Origin: Escherichia coli phage NG_A1
Reading direction: 5' to 3' (one strand)
DNA: 64,000 nt
Sequence record: LC788705.1
In this document: positions 63,442 to 64,000 of the stretch, in pieces
How positions within the stretch are numbered: the first letter of the stretch is position 1
Layout: every line of letters begins with the position of its first letter
Program-made: the position numbers and the translations under genes
The notes under the pieces: generated by a model
Told to the model about the DNA's origin: nothing
The model's database searches: none
The model's input: only the letters and a program-made list of their open reading frames with translations

Positions 63442-63873
63442 ATGAACAAAGTTGATAAAGCTCTAGTTTTTGCAGCAGCAGATAAGTTTGAACAAGTTAA
63501 AGCTACTTTCAGAACCCTGTTTCAGTCCTACGTTCAGGATAAGTCTAATCCTATTTCTGAACGCTTGATGGTTTGGGAGTGTCATGCTTGTAATGCCCTG
63601 CTAATTGCTGATTACCGTAGTGATATAGATAAAGATCTTTGTGAAATCCTTATCCCCGAGGAAGCAGAACGTTATCAGTTAATCTCTTTTCAAGATTTAG
63701 CAGAACACATCATCCCAGATGATCTTTGGGACAAGTATTATGGTGATCCTGAAGACGAAGGAATGGCTCCAGAAGCATGTATTGAGTTAATCTGTAAAGA
63801 TCATCCTGAAATTGCAGAAAAATTTGAAAAAGTTTTTGCTTCTGAGTTCTCAGGTTTCGTTAACGATTGGTAA
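63442..63873 (+). CDS. Hypothetical acidic protein
   Basis: 143-aa ORF with GAAGGAAT RBS. Confidence 0.5.
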   Translation: MNKVDKALVFAAADKFEQVKATFRTLFQSYVQDKSNPISERLMVWECHACNALLIADYRSDIDKDLCEILIPEEAERYQLISFQDLAEHIIPDDLWDKYYGDPEDEGMAPEACIELICKDHPEIAEKFEKVFASEFSGFVNDW

Positions 63874-63890
63874 GTAATTAAAAAATTCAG

Positions 63891-63919
63891 TTGCTTTAAG
63901 CCTTAAAATTCTGTATAAT
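63891..63919 (+). promoter_or_regulatory. Early promoter
   Basis: TTGCTT-N17-TATAAT. Confidence 0.65.
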
Positions 63920-63951
63920 AAGTTCATAAATTAATGAGAGAGGAAATTCTA

Positions 63952-64000
63952 ATGGAAAACATGACTAAAAATGAAATGGCTAACGTTCTGGCAATTCTCC
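63952..64000 (+). CDS. Hypothetical protein, 5' fragment (continues beyond window)
   Basis: ATG after GAGAGG RBS; open to the window end. Confidence 0.4.
   Translation, partial: MENMTKNEMANVLAIL

Noticed and set aside
42129-63950. Regularly recurring about 60-bp conserved blocks as a possible CRISPR-like array
   Set aside because: The blocks are promoter-leader modules with -35/-10 hexamers, spaced irregularly at 0.3-3 kb and followed by genes; no short unique spacers and no cas genes.
1-64000. Prophage integration, reverse-transcriptase or transposon elements
   Set aside because: No integrase, transposase, reverse transcriptase or att-like direct repeats were found; the HNH homing endonucleases are the only mobile genes seen.

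Overview
This window reads as a T5-like siphovirus (Tequintavirus-type) genome segment, assigned from gene content, the 855-aa family-A DNA polymerase and the highly stereotyped strong early promoters. Layout: (i) 1-7240 (+) late tail-tip and L-shaped tail-fibre genes ending in a bidirectional terminator; (ii) 7302-35704 (-) replication/recombination block (dUTPase, flap endonuclease, SbcCD-like pair, helicases, polymerase, primase, split NAD ligase, origin-binding-protein-like helicase, Sir2-like and HAD-like enzymes, anaerobic RNR, three HNH endonucleases); (iii) 35705-36031 AT-rich divergent control region; (iv) 36032-64000 (+) early block with PhoH, class I RNR, DHFR, thymidylate synthase, RNase H, a tRNA/structured-RNA island (about 48.7-52.2 kb), many small ORFs, spanins, dNMP kinase, ClpP-like protease, holin/endolysin and two metallophosphatases. 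No CRISPR array, integrase, reverse transcriptase or transposase was seen. All calls rest on motif reading by eye; no database search was possible. The leads most worth checking are a promoter-driven 620-nt non-coding region beside the origin-binding-protein gene, a Sir2/HAD/tandem-paralog cluster, a frame-broken tail-fibre gene, a homing-endonuclease insertion footprint at the primase gene, and non-canonical tRNA-like RNAs.
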